Assembly (NCBI GenBank): GCA_963776275.1
Contig: CAVZMI010000034.1
Coordinates: forward strand, 42,371-106,370
Source of the DNA: Ignavibacteriota bacterium
GTDB taxonomy: Bacteria; Bacteroidota; Ignavibacteria; UBA10030; CAVZMI01
Direction of reading: 5' to 3'
DNA: 64,000 nt
The notes beneath the pieces are model-generated. The model worked only from the letters and a program-made list of their open reading frames with translations, was not told where the DNA came from and made no database searches. This document shows, piece after piece, positions 11,646 through 21,599 of this stretch (position 1 is its first letter; each line of letters begins with the position of its first letter). The position numbers and the translations under genes were made by a program.

Positions 11646-11710
11646 GTACGACAGAAAATGTCCGGTATGCGACTCCATTGTTATGTGAATAAAAAAAAAG
11701 GAGATCAAAA

Positions 11711-12928
11711 ATGGAAGAAACAGCAAAACCAAATCAGACAAGCCCTTTTGAATCTACCCCACCACCGATTCTTAGCTGGGAAGGGCAAAAGAATTGGCAG
11801 AAGCCCCGATTCGAGGCGAGGTACTTCCACCGTAAACGGATCGAGGTTTGGAACGGATATGTACGAACTAGGGATGTGAAGGGATGGGTTGACAATGTTC
11901 GGATCGAGCTATTCGTTGAAAAATGGAAGCGTGATAATCATGGATTACCTCCAGGTAACGAAGATATACTTCAATGGATGAAGAACGATCCCTACGATGA
12001 GTTTGATCTGAAGAGCCTGGGAGAGAGCATTGTGAATAATGGGGTCAGACAACCTATCGTGGTGACAAGTGATGGCGTACTCCTCGATGGAAATCGACGC
12101 TACTTCGCTGCATTGATGATGCTGGAGAAGTCTGAACAAGAACACGCCCCTGATATCTCCGAAATGGTAAGCCAGCTCCCGGCTTATGTCTTGAGTCCCA
12201 CCTGCGAACCTTCGGAATATGACTCAGTGCTTGTCGAGGAGAATTTTGTCGATGATTGCCGCCGAGAATGGCCCAATTTCATCAAAGCTAAGAAAGTCTT
12301 CGAAGCGTACGGTGAAATGAGGGAACGGGGCAAATCACGTTCAGAGGCTCTTTCAGATTTGGTCGTTCGTTTTGGCATTTTACGCAGTCGAGCAGAGAGA
12401 TTCATCAAAATGATGGATCTAATCCAGGAGTTCCATGACCATCATTCCACTAACGACGAGGAATCCGGCCAGCAGGCCAAGGACGAGTATGAGGTTAGGT
12501 GGAGAGCACAAAAGTATTTCGAATACTTCGACGAGTTACATAAGACGCGAGTATTGAACACACTCGACAATGATCCGGAGCTGAGAACCAAGGTGTTCGA
12601 AAGGCTTTACGATGGCGACTTCTCTAGCTTCGCTCAAATAAGGAAAGTTCCAGAAATCGCAGCTGACCGACGTGCACGTGATAAGTTCATTTTAGGCTCG
12701 GGCAAGCGAGCAGTTGATGAGGCAATCGAATGGGTTACAGTCGTGGGCGTCGCAAAGAAAGCACTCAACAACAACGACCGCATAACGAGCTTCTTGCGCT
12801 TTTTGTTGAGCTTGACAGCTGAAGAAATGGAGAACCTAGATCCTGTTGCAATAACTGAACTAAAGAATATTTCGACGAAGGTCGCTGATATGGCCAACGC
12901 CGCAAAGGGAGGTGAAAAAGATAATTGA
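11711..12928 (+). CDS. ParB/Srx N-terminal domain protein
   Basis: LGESIVNNGVRQPIVV...LLDGNRRY; GGAG RBS. Confidence 0.8.
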   Translation: MEETAKPNQTSPFESTPPPILSWEGQKNWQKPRFEARYFHRKRIEVWNGYVRTRDVKGWVDNVRIELFVEKWKRDNHGLPPGNEDILQWMKNDPYDEFDLKSLGESIVNNGVRQPIVVTSDGVLLDGNRRYFAALMMLEKSEQEHAPDISEMVSQLPAYVLSPTCEPSEYDSVLVEENFVDDCRREWPNFIKAKKVFEAYGEMRERGKSRSEALSDLVVRFGILRSRAERFIKMMDLIQEFHDHHSTNDEESGQQAKDEYEVRWRAQKYFEYFDELHKTRVLNTLDNDPELRTKVFERLYDGDFSSFAQIRKVPEIAADRRARDKFILGSGKRAVDEAIEWVTVVGVAKKALNNNDRITSFLRFLLSLTAEEMENLDPVAITELKNISTKVADMANAAKGGEKDN

Positions 12929-14667
12929 AAGAAGCACTCGGCTTAATAGACATAGATCAAAGCGACATCGCGTTTGTTTGCAAAACGCTGTCGCCATACA
13001 ATCGCCGTAAATCAATTGAACTAATCAGGAGGGTAAATCCCTCCGCCAAGATTTCCATTGATGGAACTCTCTTGAGATTCAGTGTCACGGATGCGGTTGC
13101 CCTGCGGGCCAGTATCGACAGCTCTGAGTTCACCTGGTCGGAAAATGCAGCCATGTGGATAACAACCTTCTCTCAGAATTACTCAAACCTAAGTCGCTCC
13201 CGTCGACGTCTTTGGGAACTACAGAGACATGGCACTGCTAAGAAGTTGCTATCAGATTATTCTAATTTCACGAACCTTGATGAGCATCAGATCATTGCTG
13301 TTGCCGCCATGACGGATAAGACCATTACTGGCATATGCTTGTTCGACGAGCAAGGCCTTGGAAAAACAGTCATGGCTATTCATTCTTTTGATCGCCTCAA
13401 GCAGGAGAGTTTAGCGGATGCGGTCTTGATATTTGCACCCAAAAACATGTTGGAGGAGTGGAAGAAGGATTTCGAACGATTCATGGGTGGAAAGTATAGA
13501 ATCCAGATCCTCTCGGGTGAACGGAGAAAGAAGTACCAGTCACTTCTTGAGAGCGCTGACGTGTATATTACAAATTACGAGACCGCCTACTCCCTAGAAG
13601 ACTCCTTGCGTTCCATTCTCAACAGGAAGATAGGTAAAGTTGTTCTCGTTGTTGATGAGAGTTTCTACATAAAAAACCGAAATACGAGGCGGGGTATAGC
13701 CATTAGACGACTACGAAACCTATGCGAGCGGTGTTGGGTTCTATGTGGAACGCCTGCACCTAACAACGCGCTCGATGTGGTGCATCAGTTTGAAGTAGCA
13801 GATGCTGGTGCTACTTTTGCCGGTGTTGAACTTCCAAAAAATGGAAAGAGACTTCAAGAGGTCATCAAGACCACAGTGGAGTCGAGAGGCGTATACTTGC
13901 GTCGACTGAAACGCGATGTTCTTCCTGAATTGCCCGCGAAGCAGTTCGAGCTAGTTGTCGTACCGATGGAGTCAGAACAGCAGAGTCTCTACGGAAATGC
14001 ACTCCGATTGCTCGTTAAAGACGTGAAGGCTTCGGATGAGATAATCTTCAATAAACAATATGCATCATTCTTGTCACGGAAGATGAAGCTACTTCAAATC
14101 TGCAGCCATCCGGGGCAAATCGTCGATCAGTACCAAGGCTTACCAGCAAAGATGGTGGCATTGGATGGTCTACTGCGTCACCTTATAGACGAAAACGGCG
14201 AAAAGGTCGTTCTGTGGTCCTACTTTCGATACACAATTGATCAATTGATCCGGAGATACGACCTATATAAACCGGTAAAACTCGATGGTAGTGTACAAGA
14301 CACTACAAAACGGTCTCAAGCAATACGCAGCTTTCAAGAAGATAGTGAAACAATGCTCTTTGTCGGTAACCCTGCTGCTGGTGGAACTGGTATCACTTTG
14401 ACACGATCCTGCACCATGATCTATGAATCTTTCTCACCACAGACAGCACATTACCTCCAAAGTCTCGACAGGATACATAGAAGAGGCCAAACGCGTGATG
14501 TGTATTACTATGTTTTGCTATGTAAAGGCTCGATCGAAGAAGATGAGTACGAGAGATTATTGAGAAAAGAAATTCAATCAGCCGAGTTATTCAGTGACCC
14601 GTTGCCAGAAGCGACACCGAGAGAAGTGTTCCTTGAGGAACTGATCGGTGCTTTGAAGAAACTCTAG
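12925..14667 (+). CDS. SNF2-family helicase/ATPase
   Basis: DEQGLGKT, VVDES, LCGTP, RRLKRDVL, GTGITL, QSLDRIHRRGQ; TTGA overlap with upstream stop. Confidence 0.92.
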   Translation: MKEALGLIDIDQSDIAFVCKTLSPYNRRKSIELIRRVNPSAKISIDGTLLRFSVTDAVALRASIDSSEFTWSENAAMWITTFSQNYSNLSRSRRRLWELQRHGTAKKLLSDYSNFTNLDEHQIIAVAAMTDKTITGICLFDEQGLGKTVMAIHSFDRLKQESLADAVLIFAPKNMLEEWKKDFERFMGGKYRIQILSGERRKKYQSLLESADVYITNYETAYSLEDSLRSILNRKIGKVVLVVDESFYIKNRNTRRGIAIRRLRNLCERCWVLCGTPAPNNALDVVHQFEVADAGATFAGVELPKNGKRLQEVIKTTVESRGVYLRRLKRDVLPELPAKQFELVVVPMESEQQSLYGNALRLLVKDVKASDEIIFNKQYASFLSRKMKLLQICSHPGQIVDQYQGLPAKMVALDGLLRHLIDENGEKVVLWSYFRYTIDQLIRRYDLYKPVKLDGSVQDTTKRSQAIRSFQEDSETMLFVGNPAAGGTGITLTRSCTMIYESFSPQTAHYLQSLDRIHRRGQTRDVYYYVLLCKGSIEEDEYERLLRKEIQSAELFSDPLPEATPREVFLEELIGALKKL

Positions 14668-14684
14668 CTTTATGATATCGATAA

Positions 14685-15994
14685 CTATTTTATTTCCCGG
14701 CTCTTGTCTAGAATGAGGATATGTTTAGAAATGATATCGCGGCGATGGCCGTTGTTACCCAACCAATTACGCGCTTCCTTCGGATTTTTATTGCGCCGCA
14801 TCCTTGCCGGGTTTAACATTGTATGAGGTCGATCTGAGAGACGATCCAATAGAGTCAGGTTATGACAAACGATAACCCCTCGTAGTTTATGAGTTTTCGC
14901 GCTCTGCATGGCTTTTTTTATTGTTTTTCCAATTACCTCTCCTAACCCCACCGGTACAGCATTGCCAATTTGTTTGTATTGTTCAGAAATGCCACCCGCA
15001 AATCGCCAGTTATCTGGGAATTGTTGGATGCGAGCATATTCCCTTACACTCAGTGGTCGAAGTTTTGTGGGGTGGCACAACAAGGTTGCTTTGTAGGTGG
15101 GATGTGTCGTTAGTGATGGTGCTGGTCTCTTCCATGAAAGTCTTCTGAAGAAACCACTCCTCCCCCCCACGAGTCGTATGCTTTGCCGAGTGCCTCCTCT
15201 TGTACACCAGGTTTTAAGTCTCTCCAGTTGCCACCTTCGGGTATGTGCTTTAAGTACTTCTTATATGTCGGTGGCAATGGAGTATATTTTTGACTCTTTT
15301 CCCTCAACCCCTTAAGGGCTTCGTGCAACCCGAACCAAGGAAGGCGCCCCTTTTTTCTACTTTTAGAATGAGAAGGTTTTATGAACCGCAAATCTTCTCC
15401 ATCTCGTGAACCAATAAATACAACGCGTTGTCTTGACTGAGGTACGCCATAGTCAGCTGCATCAAGTAAGTCAAAAACTATATAGTAACCAGTCTTCTTT
15501 AGTTCTCTAAGAATTAATGCAAAAGCTGATCCTAATTCCTCCTCGATCGTCAGTGGCGGAAACCCTGGTCATCGTCTCTTAAGTTGGCGATGCTTAATGG
15601 CAGCGGAAAGAAGTCCTTTTACATTCTCCATTACAAAGAACCGTGGTTTTGCTTCATTAATAACTCTTAAAAATTCTTTGAACATTTTCCCACGTGGATC
15701 GCCAACTGATCCTCTTTGTCCTGCTGTACTGAATGCCTGACAAGATGGTCCTGCAGCTACAATAGCAATATCACCAATTCCAAGACCCGCTGCCATCAAA
15801 AGTTCTTTTGTAGATACATCCTCTATTTTATTTTCAAAAAGTTTGATGTCTGGTCGGTTAATGCGGATTGTCTCCGCTGCATGTTTGTTACACTCAACCG
15901 CAACACGAACATTAAAACCAGCCTTCTCAAGACCAATATCAAGCCCTAATGCTCCTGAGAATATAGATATTATAGATTTGTTTCTCTTGCTCAT
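14685..15994 (-). CDS. DNA (cytosine-5)-methyltransferase, SinI/Eco47II-like; in-frame TGA at 15569-15571 and a homopolymer frameshift near 15165 (probably sequencing errors)
   Basis: Motif I FSGALG, IV GPSCQAFS, VI ENV, VIII QSRQR, IX REYARIQQFP, X QIGNAVP spread across three ORF pieces. Confidence 0.92.
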
Positions 15995-16335
15995 GTAGGA
16001 ATCTTAAAGAAATATATGTTCATCTTGTAGCTTCATCAAGACGGTTTATTAAGAGTGCGTTTTCTGTTGTAGATAACTGAATATAATTAAAGTACGAGAG
16101 TGTACATTTACTTTATAGTCCCTTCGCATCCCTGAGCTTCCCATCAGCATTGTCTGTTTCAAATCCTGCATCACTTTCTCAATCGTGTAAGATGAGTGCA
16201 ATACGCTTACATAATTACATGCCTCGGTTTGATGTCCCTAGTTCTAAAAAATATATCTGTTTTTTGCTGTGAAAGCAAGCCTATCGACGCCTCCTACAAT
16301 TTTGAAAGATTACGTCCATTCCGGTTGCCTTGCTT

Positions 16336-16425
16336 CCATATCAGCTTATCCGGCATTAAAAAAAGTCGGAAGTATTCGGAAAAGGCGAAGGTAGTGTAGG
16401 AAGAAGCTTTTAAAAATGCAAGGAG
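16336..16425. repeat. Island-flanking direct repeat, right copy (minus-strand promoter TTGCAT-N17-TACACT)
   Basis: Matches 9660-9752. Confidence 0.92.
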
Positions 16426-16498
16426 GAGGTCAATATTGATTGATAATTCTCATCTCTTTAATCTCATCGCCAACCTGAATCTGATCCATGTACTATAA

Positions 16499-17902
16499 TC
16501 AAAAATAGGGCCGCATCCGGTATTTCATTCCAAGCGTTTTCTCGATGAACTCTTTTGCTTTCTCCTGATCCACTTCATCCATACCTACGATGCTCATAAC
16601 AACCTCGGGGAGGTATTTCTGGCATTCCCTGGCGAACTCGAGTATTGCGGTATAGAAACGGGGACCGTCGATACGCATCAGGCGGCCGTACTGTTCGGGA
16701 TCCGTGGAATTCAGGCTTATCGATACACTATCGATCAATCCCACAAGTTCCGGAACTATATTCCGTTTATTGATAACGCTGCCGTGTCCATCGGTGTTGA
16801 GGCGGACTTTTCCACCGTGCTCTTTGACCCATCGTGCAATATCTTTCAGCTCATCGAGGCGAATCGTCGGCTCACCATACCCGCAAAAGACAATCTCATC
16901 GTATTTTGTCGGATCGCCGATTTGGTCGATGACTTCCTGTGCGGTCGGTTCCTCAGTGATGCGAAGATTATGTCCTTTTATGACTGCCTCGCCTTTGCGA
17001 TCGCAGAAAACACAATCAGCATTGCAGCGGATCGTCAGGTTAATGTATAGAGCATTCTTGAGCTCGTACACGATCCGTGGCGGATCGAGGCTCCCGATGC
17101 CGAATAACTTTTTTGCGTTATACGACGTTGTCCGCTCTACATCTTTTATCGTTGCGTGCAATATTTCAGCGATTTTTTCTGCAACAATTTTCACGTTTGC
17201 CGGTTCGTTCCGCCGGCCGCGGAAAGGGACGGGAGTAAGATACGGGGCGTCGGTTTCAACCATTATATAATCATAACTGATCTTTTTCAGCACATCGACG
17301 GTACTGGAATTTCTAAACGTTACAATTCCCGGAAACGAAATCAGAAAACCCATCTCAATGAGCTTCCAGGCTGTTTCTGCATCCCCTGCATAACAATGGA
17401 ACACTCCCTTATGAATCGGGACCTTACCGTCCGATCCCGTCGTTCCACTCCGCCATTTCGGTTCCTGAGCGATCGTTTCCTCGACGATACGGATGGCATT
17501 ATTAAGTGAATCGCGAGTGTGAATCACCACCGGGAGATTTCTCCGGACAGCAATACGAAGCTGCTCGCGGAACACATCAACCTGAGTCTCACGGGGAGAA
17601 AAGTCGTAATAGTAATCGAGTCCGATCTCGCCGATAGCGACCACCTTCGGGTGCTTGCTTATTTGTTCGATTTCTTTGAGTGATTCCGTTGTGGCCTTGC
17701 CTGCATCATGGGGATGGAAACCGACACAGGCATAGATCATGTCGTATCGTTCTGCCAGATCGATAACGGTTCGGCTGGTTGCATAGTCAACTGCCGGCAC
17801 AACAATATATTCAATACCGGCTTCGCGTGCACGAGCGATAACTTCATCGATATCACCCTGGAATTCGGGAGAATAAAGGTGAGCATGTGTATCTATAAGC
17901 AT
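16499..17902 (-). CDS. tatD: TatD family hydrolase fused to a TatD-associated radical SAM domain
   Basis: DTHAH, GEIGLD, HTR, HCY, ETDAP; C-terminal CNADCVFC and CGYGEP. Confidence 0.9.
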   Translation of the reverse strand: MLIDTHAHLYSPEFQGDIDEVIARAREAGIEYIVVPAVDYATSRTVIDLAERYDMIYACVGFHPHDAGKATTESLKEIEQISKHPKVVAIGEIGLDYYYDFSPRETQVDVFREQLRIAVRRNLPVVIHTRDSLNNAIRIVEETIAQEPKWRSGTTGSDGKVPIHKGVFHCYAGDAETAWKLIEMGFLISFPGIVTFRNSSTVDVLKKISYDYIMVETDAPYLTPVPFRGRRNEPANVKIVAEKIAEILHATIKDVERTTSYNAKKLFGIGSLDPPRIVYELKNALYINLTIRCNADCVFCDRKGEAVIKGHNLRITEEPTAQEVIDQIGDPTKYDEIVFCGYGEPTIRLDELKDIARWVKEHGGKVRLNTDGHGSVINKRNIVPELVGLIDSVSISLNSTDPEQYGRLMRIDGPRFYTAILEFARECQKYLPEVVMSIVGMDEVDQEKAKEFIEKTLGMKYRMRPYF

Positions 17903-18020
17903 GGAACAAGAATATTCTTATGATTGAACTTTTCTTTAATATACCAAGCACGGCCCTGAGAGGCAAGCGGAGAGTGTCGCTGTCAGATATGAGAATATAA
18001 AAGCAGATATTTCACATTTG

Positions 18021-18707
18021 TCAATGCGGATAAATTTTTCCTATTCCATTGACTGTTTTATTTACAACCGGCGGATTGCCTTCATACACAATACTTCCAA
18101 CACCATTAATTTCAGCATTTAATTGTTGTGTGACATGAACTTCACAATTTCCTGTCCCGTTAATGGTGGCTGTACACACGGAGGAAACCAAACCGAAATT
18201 GCTGATATTTCCCGCCCCATCGATGAAAATCGTTTGAGTGCTGGCATCTCCGTCAAGTGAAATATTTCCGGCACCCTCGATCCGGCATTTCACCGCATCG
18301 CAATGAATCGGGTTAGTAGTAGTAATATCTCCCGCTCCGATAATTTCAAGGTTTTCGATTGTCGTCAGGGTGACATAAACTCTAACCGTAGTGTTGGTGT
18401 ATGATCCTTCATCCAATCCTACGATCAGGTATCCGTTTTCACACCGTGTGACTACTCTGTCGATAATATTATCGTCGGCCTCAACCCGTATGCTCTGATG
18501 GGTGTCTTGTGTCAGATATACTTTTGCCGATCCGACGATCTGTACGCTCTGACAAGGCTGAACGACTCGTTCCTCGGATACAGTCCTTCCCGAGCCGACA
18601 ATGGATTCGCTGTCTTCATAATTATGATGGTGATGAAAACAGCCCTGAGTAAAGATAGAGAGCGTAATAATAAGAATAGCGGATATAATTATTCGGCGAT
18701 ATTGCAT
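18021..18707 (-). CDS. DUF2807 / head GIN domain lipoprotein
   Basis: Lipobox TQGC; repeated I.GAG.I beta-solenoid motifs; YEGNP. Confidence 0.8.
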   Translation of the reverse strand: MQYRRIIISAILIITLSIFTQGCFHHHHNYEDSESIVGSGRTVSEERVVQPCQSVQIVGSAKVYLTQDTHQSIRVEADDNIIDRVVTRCENGYLIVGLDEGSYTNTTVRVYVTLTTIENLEIIGAGDITTTNPIHCDAVKCRIEGAGNISLDGDASTQTIFIDGAGNISNFGLVSSVCTATINGTGNCEVHVTQQLNAEINGVGSIVYEGNPPVVNKTVNGIGKIYPH

Positions 18708-18817
18708 TGTGTGTTCCTCACTGGATGATGTTTTATTCTTATCACTATTCATATACGTAAAATTGGGCAACCTGTTTCAGAATTACTCTTTAATAATTGC
18801 TTTATCCAGGATTTAAG

Positions 18818-21010
18818 TCACAAAAGTGCTTCAACCGTCAGTGTAAATCGTCGTACTGGCGCGATATTACCAATCAATTCCACATAATAATATTGAAAGA
18901 TATTATATGCATTAAACGTAATACGTGCAGGGATGCCATAATGCGATCCGTCGAACATGAGACGGGCATCAGTGACATAGATAGGGACCCGCAGGTCTCC
19001 GTCTTTGACTATGTTGAGTGTGACAAACTCCCTATCGATCCTGTCGATTTTGCTGATAAACCGGAAATCGATTCCGGCGCTGAACGATCCGATGGTTGCG
19101 TCGAATCCGGCCATGAGTACATGGCGGGGTCTGTATTTTAAAAGGTCATTAAGCGTAAGGTCGCGCGGATAGACATAGGTGTAGGCAAGCTCGGCCTTGA
19201 GGAGATTATGGAATAATGAGGATTGAAGGTGAACTTCTCCGCCGAGGATACGTGCGCGTGTAACATTATTAAACTGTCCGAATGATTTTCCTCCGATGAC
19301 AACAAAACGGGGCTCGATCATATCCCAGAACTCATTTTGAAAAAGTGCGCAATCGACAGCGACATCGGATACTATCCGAGCGTTCAACCCGATTTCTATT
19401 GACAAGCTTCGTTCAGGCTGAAGCGAAGGATTCGGGATGATGGTGAGTCCGCCGGCACTCGTGACCGTGAATGTTTCGCCGACCGTCGGTACACGAAATC
19501 CGCTCCCGGCCGATGCCCTGACAATGATCCCCTCGGACAGCGTCGCGGTCAGACCGAGTTTCGGATTGAAGCGCGAAAAAGCCGAAAGAGAATCGATTTT
19601 TTGATAATCATATCGAGCACCCGCGGTAACATGCAGCGAAGTCATGATTGCATATTCATCCTGGATGTAGAATGCCCCACCGCCTCCCGATCGTTTGCCA
19701 AAAATGTTCGCATCGACCTTATCGATTCGTCCTTCTATACCCGCCGTGAGATAATGCTGCGGATGAATCTGAGTTTCAATCTGCACTTCGTTAACAAAAA
19801 GGTTTGCCAGCGACTTATTCCCCACTCCATTGATGTTGCCGACATTATCCTCCCAGTCAGTCCGGTACCACATCGATTTGAAAGTGAATGAAAGATCCTC
19901 TGTGAGAAATGTTTTAAAATCCGAGCTGACATTCACCCGTGTCGTTTTTACCCATTCACCAAGCTGATCTTCCTGCGGCTGAAGCGCGTGATAAATATCG
20001 CGCCAGAAGAGAAAGCTTCCTGTCCGATGGGAATAGAAGTTAGTACTCAAAGTCCAGCGGGTGAACGGACTGAATTCATACCCGGCTTTCGCATAGAAAT
20101 TCAAACGTCGGGCATAATCATTTTCACGGTATCCATCATCGACCGTACGATTTGCCGAGAGCGCCAATGTAAGCTTATCGAAACGCTGTGTATGAGTAAG
20201 ATATAGACCGGCCTGACCCCGCGTTACAGAGGACCACTTCCATTCATCGTAGAGCGGACGGTCATACACACTCAAAAAAGTCTTTATCACAGTCACAGGT
20301 TGTGATTCAACTTCTTTCGTAATAATATTGATAACCCCCCCGAGCGCATTCGATCCGTACAGTGCCGATCCGGCTCCTTTCACAACTTCGACCCGATCGA
20401 TGCTCATTACCGGAATGGATTCAAAAATAATCTCGCCCGTATCGCCGGTGAGATAAGGGATCCCGTCGAGCAGCACCAGCACGCGGCTTCCGATTCCGCG
20501 GGCATATCCGCTCGATCCGCGGATGTTGATTTGCCATTGCGTCATGTTGACGCCGGGGATATATCGCAGCGCTTCGTCCATGGTGATAATATTCCGTGTG
20601 CGAATCATCTCGGCTCCCATTACGGCAACAGTCGTCGGTACATCCTGAATATTCTGTTCATGCTTTGCTGCAGTTATAACGACGGGTTGAGTTTGAACAG
20701 GCTGGGGTGTCAGCAGAATCGTGATCGTGCTAATTGAGTCTTTCGCAACACGGACGTTCACGACTTTTTTCGTGGCGAAACCAACCATGGAGACTTCAAG
20801 AGTAAAAAGCCCCGGAGGCACTCTTTGGAGTGCAAATTCGCCCTGTGTATTTGTAGTACTCCCCAGCAGAGTACCATGAACGGAGACTGAAACACCGAGA
20901 AGCGGCGATCCGTCCTCATCGGATCTAACAACACCCCGAAGCGTACCGTTCTGTGCTAATGATATTTGATGGAATACTATCAGTGCAAAAATGAAAGAGT
21001 ACCATCTCAT
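18818..21010 (-). CDS. TonB-dependent receptor
   Basis: N-terminal CarboxypepD_reg-like domain, plug IDRVEVVKGAGSALYGSNALGGVINI, NPSLQPE. Confidence 0.92.
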   Translation of the reverse strand: MRWYSFIFALIVFHQISLAQNGTLRGVVRSDEDGSPLLGVSVSVHGTLLGSTTNTQGEFALQRVPPGLFTLEVSMVGFATKKVVNVRVAKDSISTITILLTPQPVQTQPVVITAAKHEQNIQDVPTTVAVMGAEMIRTRNIITMDEALRYIPGVNMTQWQINIRGSSGYARGIGSRVLVLLDGIPYLTGDTGEIIFESIPVMSIDRVEVVKGAGSALYGSNALGGVINIITKEVESQPVTVIKTFLSVYDRPLYDEWKWSSVTRGQAGLYLTHTQRFDKLTLALSANRTVDDGYRENDYARRLNFYAKAGYEFSPFTRWTLSTNFYSHRTGSFLFWRDIYHALQPQEDQLGEWVKTTRVNVSSDFKTFLTEDLSFTFKSMWYRTDWEDNVGNINGVGNKSLANLFVNEVQIETQIHPQHYLTAGIEGRIDKVDANIFGKRSGGGGAFYIQDEYAIMTSLHVTAGARYDYQKIDSLSAFSRFNPKLGLTATLSEGIIVRASAGSGFRVPTVGETFTVTSAGGLTIIPNPSLQPERSLSIEIGLNARIVSDVAVDCALFQNEFWDMIEPRFVVIGGKSFGQFNNVTRARILGGEVHLQSSLFHNLLKAELAYTYVYPRDLTLNDLLKYRPRHVLMAGFDATIGSFSAGIDFRFISKIDRIDREFVTLNIVKDGDLRVPIYVTDARLMFDGSHYGIPARITFNAYNIFQYYYVELIGNIAPVRRFTLTVEALL

Positions 21011-21534
21011 TGATGAAAGTCCTCCTGAAATGGTTGTGGAGGAGGATTACTAAAATCGACAAGGATATCGATACCGGGAACGACCTGATCGGTGGGAACG
21101 ACTAAATCTTTCGTTTCGTTGGTTCCACTCCCGCCATCGTATACGCCGATAATTCTCCAATCAGCGAAAGGATTTGTTCCGAAACGCTGAACCACAGCAA
21201 TATATCGATAGGTAGATGCTGGAACAGGAAACTCATAAGGCACGGAATCATGTCCCATTGGAAGTCCGGATTCAGCCGGCGGCGGATAAATTTTCACCGA
21301 ATCTGTATTGACTACGAGTGCGATGATCTCGGTAAATGACGTAAATTTACGCCATGCCTGAGATGCAATAAGACGCAATTCCAGTGTATCTTGCGGCCAT
21401 GTCCCGTGAAACCGGATAACACCGCTAAAACCCGGCTGAACCGGACGCGACGGCCCAAGGCCGTGATCGCAGCCGCCAAGGGAAAAAAGAAATGCGAAAA
21501 AGAGAGGGAGCAGTGTTATGAGTCGTTTCATCAA
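21007..21534 (-). CDS. Hypothetical lipoprotein
   Basis: Lipobox LGGC; ATGA overlap with the TonB-dependent receptor gene. Confidence 0.7.
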   Translation of the reverse strand: MMKRLITLLPLFFAFLFSLGGCDHGLGPSRPVQPGFSGVIRFHGTWPQDTLELRLIASQAWRKFTSFTEIIALVVNTDSVKIYPPPAESGLPMGHDSVPYEFPVPASTYRYIAVVQRFGTNPFADWRIIGVYDGGSGTNETKDLVVPTDQVVPGIDILVDFSNPPPQPFQEDFHQ

Positions 21535-21599
21535 TGCAAAAAGTAGTAATTGCTGAAGCGAAAGTCAAGAGTGAAGAGATAGGTTAAGGGAAAGGTTAA

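Larger units (their letters stand above)
9660..16425. mobile_element. Direct-repeat-bounded genomic island (putative defence/modification island)
   Basis: Flanking ~88 bp repeats, AT-rich edges, accessory DNA-acting gene content; no integrase inside. Confidence 0.7.

Noticed and set aside
11711-12928. Chromosome or plasmid partition locus
   Set aside because: No ParA, parS or rep nearby; only the N-terminal ParB/Srx motif matches
15569-15571. In-frame TGA at a Gly position (also GH2 ~6925, and at an Arg position in ltaE 37430), suggesting genetic code 25 or selenocysteine
   Set aside because: Many intact genes here end in TGA, the positions are not catalytic Cys, and the sites coincide with GGNCC motifs, so base-calling error is simpler
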